Shown in pieces: positions 19,501 through 28,700 of a stretch of 64,000 nt of DNA. Location of the stretch: the NCBI GenBank assembly GCA_963666285.1, contig OY762711.1, one strand, 5' to 3'. The stretch is from Sedimentisphaerales bacterium. GTDB lineage: Bacteria; Planctomycetota; Phycisphaerae; Sedimentisphaerales; SM23-30. The translations under genes and the position numbers were made by a program. How positions within the stretch are numbered: position 1 is the first letter of the stretch; each line of letters begins with the position of its first letter. The notes below the pieces were generated by a model, which saw only the letters and a list, made by a program, of their open reading frames with translations, had not been told where the DNA came from and made no database searches.

Positions 19501-19832
19501 CGGCTGATTCAGCTTTACTTGACGATTTTGAGGCTTCTTATGGCATAAATGGCTTAACTGCCGGTGTCGATATTTTCGGGCCTTGGGATGGATCATTGTC
19601 AAACGATGGTGAACGTGTAACCTTTGAAAAACCTCAGGATTCAGATGACCCGTTAGAACCTCTGGAAGTGTCATGGGTTATTGTTGATGAGTGTATTTAT
19701 AATGACTATTGGCCTTGGCCTGTTGATGCTGATGGTACCGGGTTATCGCTTCAGAGGATTTCGAGTTCTGCTGCTGCTTCAGGTAATGATCCGGATAATT
19801 GGCAGGCAGCTGAGCCGGACCCTGGTCAGTAA
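13503..19832 (+). CDS. Secreted multidomain CotH-kinase protein (LamG, FN3-like, dockerin-like, lamin-tail domains)
   Basis: Signal peptide; LamG 'WQRIFDFG...NNWLGRSQW'; 'GDLNGDCNVTISDL'; four 'VINEIHY/ITELMY/VINEIMA/VISEIMY...IEL' lamin-tail repeats; CotH core 'YRLRGG...KRSMKFRF...GLYVAFE...FLPFDVDDTWG'. Confidence 0.88.
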   Translation: MRSLVRIVVVIGLLCFSVNAELVHRYSFSSDASDSVGSADGVLVNNGVDAYYTGSSLEMGNTEQPNSNSTQLNYVDLPNGIISSLGSGATFEAWVTWHGPSTSSWQRIFDFGTSDAGEDLATGGTNSTYCFMSPYSGSGTYRFGHRRGAELGDVVENVIDSATLSVNTEVHVAVVWDDVLETVYMYQDGQLVASGPLIVKLADIPDVNNWLGRSQWADTAFNGSYNEFRIYNEALSSGMIQASYESGPDSPITTYMIPTDPSPADQAKTGTATPLLSWTSDSSSDISSHNIYLGTDYASVQTATTASTGIYQGQSLSGNTSFQIVNELVPGQTYYWRVEEVTSGYTFSSPVWSFKVVSTKAYAPLPANNADGIAVLNSILQWQPAEDVVAHRILLGTSAGSLQIIEDNYANSSYSLESLDYQTQYYWRVDEIYEDTSVVTGNVWSFITRPSVISCLPGDLNGDCNVTISDLVIFSQQWLNQAGCVGYSGDCADLVGNDGVKNNDFAVMAGQWENQGEFSVVINEIHYHPDSNIEQVEFIELYNAGVQPVDLNGWSFDGAVDYDFQGVPLLYPDGYIVICKNQGDFYTKYGFSAYGPFEGKLSNEGENLILRNELGDKVDSVDYNSEFPWPIAANGEGASMELINPLLDNNLAGSWRSSGFNLNERPELSFGLPTPGAVNSIYSAQVPPHIRQVNHSPSQPLSSESVIITAKVTDLDGVSSVVLKYQVVTPGNYIPAYLPVEHSSLLTDPDQLCPQNPDFENPENWVAVNMVDDGSGFDGTAGDNVYTVVLAPQINRTLLRYRIEASDTSGNSVQVPYADDESLNFACFVYDGVPDYVTTDASVHSDGVGHAYSSETLTSLPVYTLITRNEDLYECNGYNSADQIDQSTASAAIQDAGRAYNWEGCFVYDGNVYDHIGYRLRGGNGRYNNGAAGKRSMKFRFNRGNYFQARNIYGKKFPSKWQHLNTGKMFGNKIVWDYYRKYPYGLNEVMNMLVFDIANVPSAHTYWMHFRVIDGPTETPLVSGGQYNGDFWGLYVAFENYDGAFLDRLGLPKGNLYKLSDKVYEGERQLRYQGPDAVSASEDYENIRWNLNHNSTAEFIRNYMDCGEWYRYHTVIESIRSFDIFSGASCVHCLKNSAWYFYPDYTEANNNYGKVQFLPFDVDDTWGPFFNYGIDHGKAAVLDQSFDNDHVLEYFDLQPEKSSLRQEYRNYIREFRDLVWQPEVIDTLILDMASVIMDFVPADRDRWKEDPTSGGAIDNGPFDDGLALMQQFAWSPGYFDGMYYWEGTSNHLDSLAGDEDDDSCIPYTPTVSYIGSTGYPENDLWFHTTAFADPQGVGTFAAMKWRIAEVEPSSGQSGPYTVNLINSEETDWKYYRAIDSGPSYPDDAWTAADFNDNSWQIGQTSIGYGDNDDNTDLNDQSPEMQGNYYTVYLRKSFEILNMDDISSFAMSLYVDDGCIVYINGVEVVRHYCSAGEKSWNSTSGQTVDNPSWESVKLLSPYDYFVEGDNTIAIHVLNQGINSSDLSIDVELTATYGGDSSEALPLAPRKLEIDALWESDDITTYDSDILMPANGVKPGRTYRVRCKMKDDTGRWSHWSDPVEFVAGEAIPSPLREHLRITELMYNYDDAEFIELYNSGTEILDLSDVSFTSGITFSFADCFIQAIEPDSYILVVKYLDDFEEQYGTGFNNIIAGEYSGSLSNGGEVIKLEDTWDGTLSEFEYNDARGWPLAADGAGHSLIPQEWAIEDEPLGTLNYGGNWRASSFMGGSPGTADPTPVVNVVINEIMAHTDFSDPVNYPDYDSNDWIELFNSSDSTVIFDGNWYLSDESDELDKWSLPVSSLNSQDYVSYDEISGFHCPISSGFGLDKSGEKLFLSYLPGDGQDRVVDCIEFKGQENSISIGRFADGKQYWFSFDQPTKGSENLNPAEHIVISEIMYNTADGQYEYIELTNVTDSSVDLTVDLPLGGVRGWAVDGAVQYEFPANASISAGEIVLVVDFDPADSALLDDFEASYGINGLTAGVDIFGPWDGSLSNDGERVTFEKPQDSDDPLEPLEVSWVIVDECIYNDYWPWPVDADGTGLSLQRISSSAAASGNDPDNWQAAEPDPGQ

Positions 19833-19865
19833 TATCTGGTAATCATCCATTTTTATTGTTTTTAT

Positions 19866-19906
19866 ACTCTGTTTCTGTTATTCGAATAATGGAAACAGAG
19901 TTTTTT
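19866..19906 (+). terminator. Intrinsic terminator
   Basis: ACTCTGTTTC...GAAACAGAGT followed by a T-run. Confidence 0.8.
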
Positions 19907-20124
19907 AATGTCCGGAATTGCTGAGGTTGGGGTTAGTTGGTTATATAAATGACGTAGATGTGGCTAAGTGTCTGATATTAAATGGCTTGTGATGTGTATA
20001 ATATTGTGTCTTTAATTTTTTGAAAAAAAAGTTTTTTTTATGTGTGAATTATCGGTTGGGATGCGGTTGCTTATTAAGAAGTTACTAATTGCATATATAT
20101 TCTATTATGCGAAAATAATCATAT

Positions 20125-20637
20125 ATGGAAAATAATCAAAATACAGCTTTTGTAGAGTTATATACTACTAATTATATCAGGATCAGGGCATTTATTCTGT
20201 CTTTAGTTCCTAATATTACTGAAGCGGATGATATCATGCAGGAAACATCACGCGTGATGTGGCAGAAGTTCGACCAGTACCAGCCCGGCACAAATTTCGC
20301 CTCCTGGGCTGTTACTATCGCTAAATATGAAGTTTTGAAATACAGAAGAACCTATAATTCCAAGGTTCCGCTCGGCTCTGATGTTATTGAAATTATGGCT
20401 GATGAAACTAAAGGGCCTGATATCGAGGAAAATGAGAGACTTGATGCTTTAAAAGGCTGTTTGAAAAAATTAAATGAAAAAGACCATAGTCTGATTCGTC
20501 ATCGATTTGAACAGAAAACAACTGCTAGGGAATTATCAAAGCAGTATGGCGTTGCCATGAATACTATATATCGAAATGAGATTAGAATTTTACGTGTTTT
20601 ACAAAGTTGCATAAAGAAATCACTGAGGGCAACTTAA
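20125..20637 (+). CDS. ECF sigma-70 factor
   Basis: 'IRAFILSLVPNITEADDIMQETSRVMWQKFDQYQPGTNFASWAVTIAKYEVL' and region 4 'LKGCLKKLNEKDHSLIRHRF'. Confidence 0.93.
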   Translation: MENNQNTAFVELYTTNYIRIRAFILSLVPNITEADDIMQETSRVMWQKFDQYQPGTNFASWAVTIAKYEVLKYRRTYNSKVPLGSDVIEIMADETKGPDIEENERLDALKGCLKKLNEKDHSLIRHRFEQKTTARELSKQYGVAMNTIYRNEIRILRVLQSCIKKSLRAT

Positions 20638-20639
20638 TT

Positions 20640-22349
20640 ATGACTGATAATAATCAATATAAAGAGCTGGAACTCCTGATTATTCGTTCATTAGATGGTA
20701 CTATAACTTCTGATGAGTTTAGCAGGTTAAATGATATCCTTAGATCGGATGTTCAAGCCCGCAAAACTTACCGGTCATTTATGACTATGTATTGTGATCT
20801 GGAGATATCTTTGGGGATGTCAGAAGAGCTTAATTCTTCGGTTGCTTCGGATACGAACCAGGATATTAGCCAGGATTGCCTGGTCAGTCTCGCTGAATAC
20901 GAAAATAACGCACCGGCGATAGAAATTGAGCCGGTAGAAGATAATTCCGGTATTGTAGAAGAAGTTCAGATTGTTAAAGATAGAAAACAAAATAGTAGAT
21001 TTTATAGAATCTTTGATAAGTTTGTGTATATAGCCGCCGCTTTCATGATTATTTTTATTATCTATGCCGAAGTTTTTTCTCCTCAGTATACTGTGCCTGT
21101 AGCGTCTGTTATAGATCAAATAAATGTGAAATGGGGGAACGGTTCACACAACTTAAATAATAACGATAGAATACTGACTAATCAACCTCATTATGAAATT
21201 GAAAAAGGTATTATTAAAATCAGTTATGACAGTGGCGTGGATGTGATTATTGAAGGGCCTGCACGGTTTCAGTTTGAAAAACAGGGTATTGATATAAAGT
21301 ATGGCCGATTATACTCTTACGTGTCAAATACAGGTCGTGGTTTTACCGTTGATACCCCAAACAGCCGCTTTATTGACCTTGGCACTGAGTTTGGTGTTTT
21401 TGTTGATAAAAATGAGACTTCTGAACTACATGTATTGAAAGGTGAAGTGCAGTATTATTCCGGGCGGCCCGGCACGGATAAGGTTAGCAGGACAATTAAA
21501 GAAAATAATGCCAGGAGGTTTAATGCTGATACTGGCGAAGTTCAGGCAATCCCGGTAGCTGAAGAGTATTTTGCTCGCCAGGTAAATTCTAAAAGCGGGA
21601 TGATATGGCGGGGACAAAAGTCGCTTGACCTGACCAGTATAATTGCCGGCTTGGATGGTTTCACTCCGGTTAAATCTGCTAAAGGTATTAGTCCGCTCTC
21701 CGGCACATACGAATCTCCTTACTTTTATAAAGATACTGTTACTAATAATAAATATAACCTGTTCAATGATTCTTTATTTATTGATGGTGTCTTTGTGCCT
21801 GACGGAGGCAAAAACCTGGTTACTGTATCTTCGACTGGAATTACATTTAACTGTCCCAATACTTCCGGAAAGTATTCTCATAATATTTGTGTCTTTCGGG
21901 GTGGTTTAGGAAAGACTGATTCGACTATACTACCGCCGGTATTTAATAATCAGGATTATTCTCTGTTAGATGAACCTGTTTTATTCATGCATAGTAATTG
22001 TGGTTTGACTATTGACCTTCAAGCTATAAAAGATTCTAAACCGGAATTGAATCTTGACGGGTTTACTGCCTGGGGGGGCATCACTGAAGCGGCCAAAGAT
22101 GTCGAAGACGAACCTGATGTTAATTTCTGGATTCTTGTTGATGGCCAGATTAGATATAAAAAAGAGTTTCTAAAAATTGATGACGGTACTGTGGCTTTTG
22201 ATATTGATATTTCAAGCCAGGATCGTTTTTTGACAATCATAGTGTCTGACGCTCTAAAAGATCCTGATCGCAGGGATTATCCCTGGGGCAATGACTTCTT
22301 TTATCTGGTTAGCCCGCAAATTGAGTTAACGCATATTATTGATAATTAG
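20640..22349 (+). CDS. FecR-type anti-sigma factor with C-terminal NPCBM/NEW2-like domain
   Basis: Cytoplasmic N-domain, one TM, FecR 'FTVDTPNSRFIDLGTEFGV...ELHVLKGEV', C-terminal 'VNFWILVDGQ...DIDISSQDRFLTIIVSD'. Confidence 0.88.
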   Translation: MTDNNQYKELELLIIRSLDGTITSDEFSRLNDILRSDVQARKTYRSFMTMYCDLEISLGMSEELNSSVASDTNQDISQDCLVSLAEYENNAPAIEIEPVEDNSGIVEEVQIVKDRKQNSRFYRIFDKFVYIAAAFMIIFIIYAEVFSPQYTVPVASVIDQINVKWGNGSHNLNNNDRILTNQPHYEIEKGIIKISYDSGVDVIIEGPARFQFEKQGIDIKYGRLYSYVSNTGRGFTVDTPNSRFIDLGTEFGVFVDKNETSELHVLKGEVQYYSGRPGTDKVSRTIKENNARRFNADTGEVQAIPVAEEYFARQVNSKSGMIWRGQKSLDLTSIIAGLDGFTPVKSAKGISPLSGTYESPYFYKDTVTNNKYNLFNDSLFIDGVFVPDGGKNLVTVSSTGITFNCPNTSGKYSHNICVFRGGLGKTDSTILPPVFNNQDYSLLDEPVLFMHSNCGLTIDLQAIKDSKPELNLDGFTAWGGITEAAKDVEDEPDVNFWILVDGQIRYKKEFLKIDDGTVAFDIDISSQDRFLTIIVSDALKDPDRRDYPWGNDFFYLVSPQIELTHIIDN

Positions 22350-22469
22350 AAGTCGGACGCTATTTTAGCAAAAGTATTATAATATTTGGAGGATAGTTTA
22401 TGTAGTGTGTCGCATTTGTTAGGGTATTTTTCTTACAATTATAGTTATTTTGATTTTGGAGATTTTAAG

Positions 22470-24602
22470 ATGAAAAAGTTTAGAGTTGTTCTTTTTGTTG
22501 GTGTTTTGTGTCTTATGGTTTCTGCCTTGTTTGCTTTACCGCCGATTACAGATGGGCTTGTTATTCAACTGGATGCAAGAAGTCTGTCACTTACAGATGG
22601 CGATCCTGTTGCTGTATGGTCAGATCAATCTGGCGGGGGTAATGATGCAACTCAGGAAACTGCAGATAATCAGCCTGCATTTATTGTCAGTTCGGAAGAG
22701 TTTAACAATAGGCCGGTAGTTCGCTTTGATGGTTCTAATGATTGTTTGTTATTACCTTCAGATACAGATTGTCCTATTGATGTGACATCTTTTACAGTAT
22801 TAATATATGCTAAATTCAGCTCTATCGATGCAAATGCATATCTTATTGCCGGTCAGGCTTCTAGCGCAGATAATGGACGCCTGCGTATTTGTAATGACGT
22901 AGCTGGCGGTGGTTTCTTGTTCCGTGTTGGTAACTCAACCTGGAAAGGAATTGTCGCAACTGCCGATACTGACGTTCATAAATTCGCTGTAACTTCTACT
23001 GTTGAAGGTTTTGTCGATGGTGTAAGTATAAATACAACTACAAATACCTCTACTGATTATCCTCAGGCATTTAATCTTGGTTCATACAATAATGGAGAAA
23101 AAGACTTTTTTAATGGAGATATAGCTGAAGTACTGGTTTATAACCGTGTTTTAACTACCGAAGAATTAGAAACAATCAATACTTACTTCGAAGAAGGGTT
23201 CCTGCCAAATCCATCTCCGGTCGATGGTGATATATTAGTTCCTCTTGACACTGCTGTCTTGGCATGGGATACCCCGGATGTTGGTTTTACTCCTTCTAAA
23301 TATGTTTTGACTATGCGAGCTGATGATCCTAACTTCCTGGATACAGCAAACAATACTGTGATAGATCCTGTTGTTGACCTGAATTCTGATGCCGGAAGAG
23401 TTGAAGCTGCTATGCCGGTTACTTTGGACTATGGTATTTCTTATTACTGGCGTGTTGATGTTTTTGATGGCGATACTGAATATCCTGGAACTTCTCTGAA
23501 ATTTACTACAGCTCCTCTGGATAAGTTCCCTGTTGTTGATGCCGGCAGTAATTATATTACCTGGCTGGATAACCTTCCGCTGCAGATTACCGGTAGTATT
23601 GATGACAGTGGTGAAGGTGATGTTGCCGATGTTGATATTGAATGGTCTATTGTTGGTTATCCGGGTGATCCTGTAGATGCCGTTGCCCGCGTTTTGGATC
23701 GTGGTGTCGATTCGTCTGTTGCTGCTGAACTTAAAGATGCTGGTTATGATCCAAATATGCTGTCTGATTGGATTGGAACTGATGTTTCTCAAACTGGTAA
23801 TCCACTAGTAATTACTTTAAGCGATCTTCCTGCTGCAACTTATAGCTGGAAGTCATATCATCATGATTATAGTGACCAGACTGGTACATTTAATGTATAT
23901 GTTAATGGAGTTATGGTTGAAGAGGATGTTGATATTTCTGATGAAAATAATACTCCAACTGAATTTACAACAACATTTAACACTGATGGTACAGATGTTG
24001 AGCTGATATTCGAAAAAAATGAAGATGAGTATAATGCTAATGCTCCTGAATATAAAATCTTTGTAATAAATGCTTTTGAATTATCTGATAGTTCAAATAT
24101 ATTGAAGGTTGACTTTAATAAATTTGTTCCTTCTACAGTTGAAGGTGAACCTGATACGATATCTCCTACCGCAACTGGTTTTGTTGCTTATAATGCAACT
24201 AATGCTGATTTGTCTTCATTTATTTCTCAGAGCTATAGTTTGGGCTCTTCTACTGTAACAGTTCTGTCTGAGTGGGGAGCTATGGCTGCTGGCTTGATAG
24301 ATGCCGCTGTTACCAAGACATCTTCTGATCCGTTAAACCCGGCAGCTGAATTAACTGCAAATTATCCTGGCGAATATACTATCCAGTTGGCCGCTACAGA
24401 TAGTGCCGGACAGGCAGATTCTGATACTATGGTTGTTAATGTTGCCGCTGATGCCTGTGCAGCAGCTCAGCTTTCTGACAGCTGGGTAGAGTTCAATTAC
24501 TTTGATTTGGACCAGAACTGTGTTGTTAATTTAAGTGACTTTGCTGAATTTGCAGTTAGCTGGCTGGAAGACATTTCAGCTGTTTCTGTTGAAGCGTATT
24601 AA
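22470..24602 (+). CDS. Secreted LamG-like / FN3 / PKD protein with C-terminal dockerin-like motif
   Basis: Signal peptide MKKFRVV...; 'LVIQLDA...WSDQSGGGNDA', 'DFFNGDIAEVLVYNRVL', 'YYWRVD', 'DLDQNCVVNLSDFAEFAVSWL'. Confidence 0.75.
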   Translation: MKKFRVVLFVGVLCLMVSALFALPPITDGLVIQLDARSLSLTDGDPVAVWSDQSGGGNDATQETADNQPAFIVSSEEFNNRPVVRFDGSNDCLLLPSDTDCPIDVTSFTVLIYAKFSSIDANAYLIAGQASSADNGRLRICNDVAGGGFLFRVGNSTWKGIVATADTDVHKFAVTSTVEGFVDGVSINTTTNTSTDYPQAFNLGSYNNGEKDFFNGDIAEVLVYNRVLTTEELETINTYFEEGFLPNPSPVDGDILVPLDTAVLAWDTPDVGFTPSKYVLTMRADDPNFLDTANNTVIDPVVDLNSDAGRVEAAMPVTLDYGISYYWRVDVFDGDTEYPGTSLKFTTAPLDKFPVVDAGSNYITWLDNLPLQITGSIDDSGEGDVADVDIEWSIVGYPGDPVDAVARVLDRGVDSSVAAELKDAGYDPNMLSDWIGTDVSQTGNPLVITLSDLPAATYSWKSYHHDYSDQTGTFNVYVNGVMVEEDVDISDENNTPTEFTTTFNTDGTDVELIFEKNEDEYNANAPEYKIFVINAFELSDSSNILKVDFNKFVPSTVEGEPDTISPTATGFVAYNATNADLSSFISQSYSLGSSTVTVLSEWGAMAAGLIDAAVTKTSSDPLNPAAELTANYPGEYTIQLAATDSAGQADSDTMVVNVAADACAAAQLSDSWVEFNYFDLDQNCVVNLSDFAEFAVSWLEDISAVSVEAY

Positions 24603-24643
24603 TGTTTTTCATAAATCTTCTAATCGTTTGATTAGATCCTCAA

Positions 24644-24682
24644 ATGAATTGGCCTTATTTCTCGTAATTGAGGCCAATTCAT
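24644..24682 (+). terminator. Intergenic stem-loop (terminator or mRNA-stabilising)
   Basis: ATGAATTGGCCT ... AGGCCAATTCAT. Confidence 0.65.
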
Positions 24683-24783
24683 ATATTTAATTTTGGTTAT
24701 CTAGGGTATTTTTATCTTAGGTGTTTCTAGTGTGATATTTGTTTTTGTTTTAATTAATTCTATTTTCCAAGGAGAAAAGAAAA

Positions 24784-25470
24784 ATGAAAAAGTTTGTACA
24801 ATTTCTAATGATTTTTGTAATGATGGTCGGTAGTAGTTATGCAGCACCGATTGATATCGTTAATGGCGATTTCGAGACTGGTGCAGACAATGATGCTCCT
24901 TCCGGTTGGACCGACACCTCTTCTTCTATCAGCTTTTGGCTGGGGATGGCTGATGAGACAGGAAACCCTACCCAGACTGAATGGGATGCTGCTCCTGCTT
25001 CTCTGGGGGCGTTTATCCTTACCACAGCACGTCAGTCTGCCGGAGTAGGGTCACAGCCTATTGACGGTCAATTAACTCAGGTAGTGGACTTATCTTCGTT
25101 TGCAGCTGATATTGCTGCCGGTGACCAGGTCTTGAACGTTGATTTTGTCTGGGCCAGTGATGACTCACGTGATACCGGTGCTTTCAGTCTGATTTTCTTT
25201 GACGCTGATAACAACCAGCTTGGCGATGGTTACAGTGTCGCTTTAGATGATGGCGATGGTTATTCTTTTACCGGATGGATTGAAGAAACTGTTGGCGGGC
25301 TGGTACCTGTTGCCGCACAAAGTGTTATGCTGCAGATTGATACCACCAGAACCGGCGGTTCTGAAACCAATATCTGGATTGATAATATCTCAGGTAATAT
25401 TGCAGTTCCGGAACCTTCTACCATGATTCTTTTGGGGCTTGGCGGTCTCGTTCTAAAACGTCGTAAATAA
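24784..25470 (+). CDS. PEP-CTERM sorting-domain surface protein
   Basis: Signal peptide, 'NGDFE' jelly-roll-like domain, C-terminal VPEPSTMILLGLGGLVLKRRK. Confidence 0.93.
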   Translation: MKKFVQFLMIFVMMVGSSYAAPIDIVNGDFETGADNDAPSGWTDTSSSISFWLGMADETGNPTQTEWDAAPASLGAFILTTARQSAGVGSQPIDGQLTQVVDLSSFAADIAAGDQVLNVDFVWASDDSRDTGAFSLIFFDADNNQLGDGYSVALDDGDGYSFTGWIEETVGGLVPVAAQSVMLQIDTTRTGGSETNIWIDNISGNIAVPEPSTMILLGLGGLVLKRRK

Positions 25471-25483
25471 GTATTTGCTTACG

Positions 25484-25523
25484 TGTCCGGCCTCATTTTC
25501 TTAGGAGATGGGGCTGGGCATTT
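25484..25523 (+). terminator. Stem-loop after the PEP-CTERM gene
   Basis: TGTCCGGCCTCATTTTC-TTAG-GAGATGGGGCTGGGCA, with G:U pairs on the + strand RNA. Confidence 0.55.
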
Positions 25524-25705
25524 ATAAATCTTACTTGTTTGCCATATTGATCAAAAATAGAGCTTATAATGAATAAATAAGTATCATAATTCATTTATTT
25601 TTTACCTGTCTTCTGCTGCTGTTTACTCCTGCCATATTACTGTGTTCAATTTTTGATTGTCTTATTGAATTGCAGTCTGATAGATTCCTTTGAGAGAGGT
25701 TTATT

Positions 25706-28700
25706 ATGAGAAAGTATGTTAACATAATCGCAATTATCATAGTGCTTTGCATTTTAGACAACGTTTCTGCCGTGCTGCCGGTGACAAGTAGCCTGGTAAT
25801 TCATCTTGATGCTGGAGATCTTACTGGACTAAGCGATGGCGAAACAGTCAGTACCTGGCAGGATGCATCTGGTGTCGGCAATGATGCTATTCAGCTGAAT
25901 GCGGTTAATATGCCTATATATATTGCTGAATCTGATGCATTTAATAGTAATCCATGCGTTTGGTTCGATGGATCTGATGACTGGTTGTCATTACCGTCTC
26001 CTGCTCCATTCAACGTTGGCTCGGTAACAATGTTTGCGGTTGCAAATTATAATTCTTATGTCTCAAACGATCAATATATTGTCGCAGCTCAGGATGGCAG
26101 TGGCAATGACCGCATGCGTTTCGCCTGTAATAGCGACAACAGCTTCGAGTATCGTATTGGCAGTACCGGCTATAAGGCCATAAATACCGGGCCCGGTAAT
26201 GCCGATCTGAATGTCCACATTTTCGAAATCAATTCATCTGCTGAAGGGTTCCTTGATGGTGCTAGTGTCAATATTGCATTAAATACATCTACTGAGACTC
26301 CTGTTGCATTAAATATCGGCTCATACAACTTTGGTCAGAAAGACTTTTTCGCAGGCAACCTGGCAGAACTGATTATTTTTAGTCGAGTATTAGATGATGA
26401 TGAACGAAATGCTGTTGGCGAATACCTGGCGATAAAATACGTCTTGGATACCGAATACGGCGGCGATTACTTACAGGTATTCTCACCGCAGCCTGCTGAT
26501 GATGCTGTTAATATTTCTATTGAAACCGAGCTTAGCTTCCAGGTGCCTGATTCACTGCAGGAACCGCTATTCAATATATATCTTGGCACTTCGGTTGACA
26601 ATCTTCTGCTGGTTTCTGAACTACAGTCAGAATCCGTCTTCAAACCGTATCAGTCAGCTCTCCTGCTAAATGGGCAAAAATATTACTGGCGTGTTGATAT
26701 TGCCGGTCAGGGCCCAGGCAATATATGGAGCTTTTCTACCGTTCCGGAGGCTTTAGCCTCTCTCGATGCGGATATTAATGAAGATGGTTATGTCAATATG
26801 CTGGACTTGAACCAGTTATGTGAAGCTTGGCTTTCACATGAACTTATTTATGACAGTGTTATGGCTGATATGACTGATTTTGCCTGTATCAGCTCAATGT
26901 GGGAAAAAAATGGACCGGTCCCAGGCAGCTATGTTGTTTCGCGGGCCCGGGCAGAAGATTTTGTTATCAAATATGGTAGTGAAATTGCCTCTATTTATGT
27001 CGATGCCGATGATTTCGCGGTATGCCGAATTGCTGCTAACTGTCTCGCTGACGATATACAGGCTGTTTGCGGCATCAGGCCTGAGATTGTCAATGATATT
27101 AGCGGGCTCAACGGTAATGTTATCTTTATTGGCACTATTGGCCACAGCTCAGTTATTGATAGCATGGTCGCATCTTCTGTTATAGACATTACGGATACAT
27201 CTGGCAGTTGGGAAACTTTCGCTCTTGAGGTTGTCGATCAGCCAATAGCCACTGTTGACAAGGGACTCGTTATCTCAGGCAGCGATCGGCGTGGTACTGC
27301 CTATGGCGTTTTTGATCTATCCGAAAAAATGGGCGTTTCTCCCTGGTTCTGGTGGGCTGATGTACCGGTTAAGTATCGGGACTCAATTATCGTACGTAAC
27401 GGCAGATACAAGCAGGGGCCGCCATCGGTCAAATATCGCGGTATTTTCATAAATGATGAAGATTGGGGCATACATCCCTGGGCTAAAAACACTTTCTCGC
27501 CCGAAGATGGCTATATCGGCCCCAAGGCCTATGAAAAGATATTCGAGCTCCTATTGCGTCTAAAGGCCAACCATATCTGGCCTGCCATGCATTCTTGTAC
27601 CAAAGCATTCAACGCCTTTGATGAAAATAAGTATATTGCTGACGATTACGGCATCGTTATGGGTTCTTCCCATTGTGAGCAGATGCTCCGCAACAACGTT
27701 TGGGAATGGTCACGCTGGACCCCTGACAGTGGTTCTCAAGGCAGCTGGGACTGGTGTACAAACAGCAGCCAGATCGTTGAATACTGGCAGGATCGGGTCG
27801 AGGTTAATGCTCTGTTTGAAAATATCTTTTCTACTGGCATGCGTGGCATACACGATGGCTCTATGCCTTGTTCTGGTGCAACCAGTGCCCAGAAAGTACA
27901 GAAAATGGAAGATGAAGTCTTCCCGGCCCAGCAACAGATTATATCTCAATTTGTGAACGTAGATTATTCTTCTGTCCCTCAGGTATTCTGCCCGTACAAA
28001 GAGGTATTAGACCTCTATGACATGGATATGCAGGTTCCTGAGCATATGACTCTTCTCTGGCCCGATGACAACCACGGCTACATCAGGCGACTGTCTAATA
28101 CCTCCGAACAAAGCCGTAGCGGCAGGGCGGGTGTCTATTATCATATGTCATACTGGGGTTCACCGCATGACTATCTCTGGCTCTGCTCCACTGGTCCGGG
28201 TCTTATCTGGGAAGAAATGAAAAAAGCATACGATTATGGCGCAGATCAGGTATGGGTCTTTAATGTCGGCGATATCAAACCTGCTGAGATTAGTATGGAA
28301 TTTGCCCTGCGTTTAGCATGGGATGTCAGCTGCTGGGACAATACCAACCTGCGGGAATATCTGGAATACTGGGCTTGGCGTGAATTCGGTCCCGACCATA
28401 AAGCCCAGATTGCTGATATACTTATCGAGTATTATAGGCTGGGTTTAACCAGGAAACCGGAACATATGACTTCCAGTGGTGCCGGATTCAGCATGGTTAA
28501 TTATAACGACGAAGTTCAGTTGCGTATTGACGCATATAAGCAGCTGGACAGCAGGGCGGACGCCATATACCGGTCATTGCCTGTCATTTACAAAGATGCC
28601 TTCTATCAGCTTGTCTTATATCCTGTCCGCGGCGCCAATCTTATGAACCAGAAGATTCTATACGCCCAGAAGAGTATTACTTATGCTTCACAGGGCAGAG

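Noticed and set aside
3148..19832. Functional link between the phage Ser-repeat protein and the host CotH kinase
   Set aside because: They lie on opposite sides of the att site and differ in composition; proximity is explained by integration at the tRNA.
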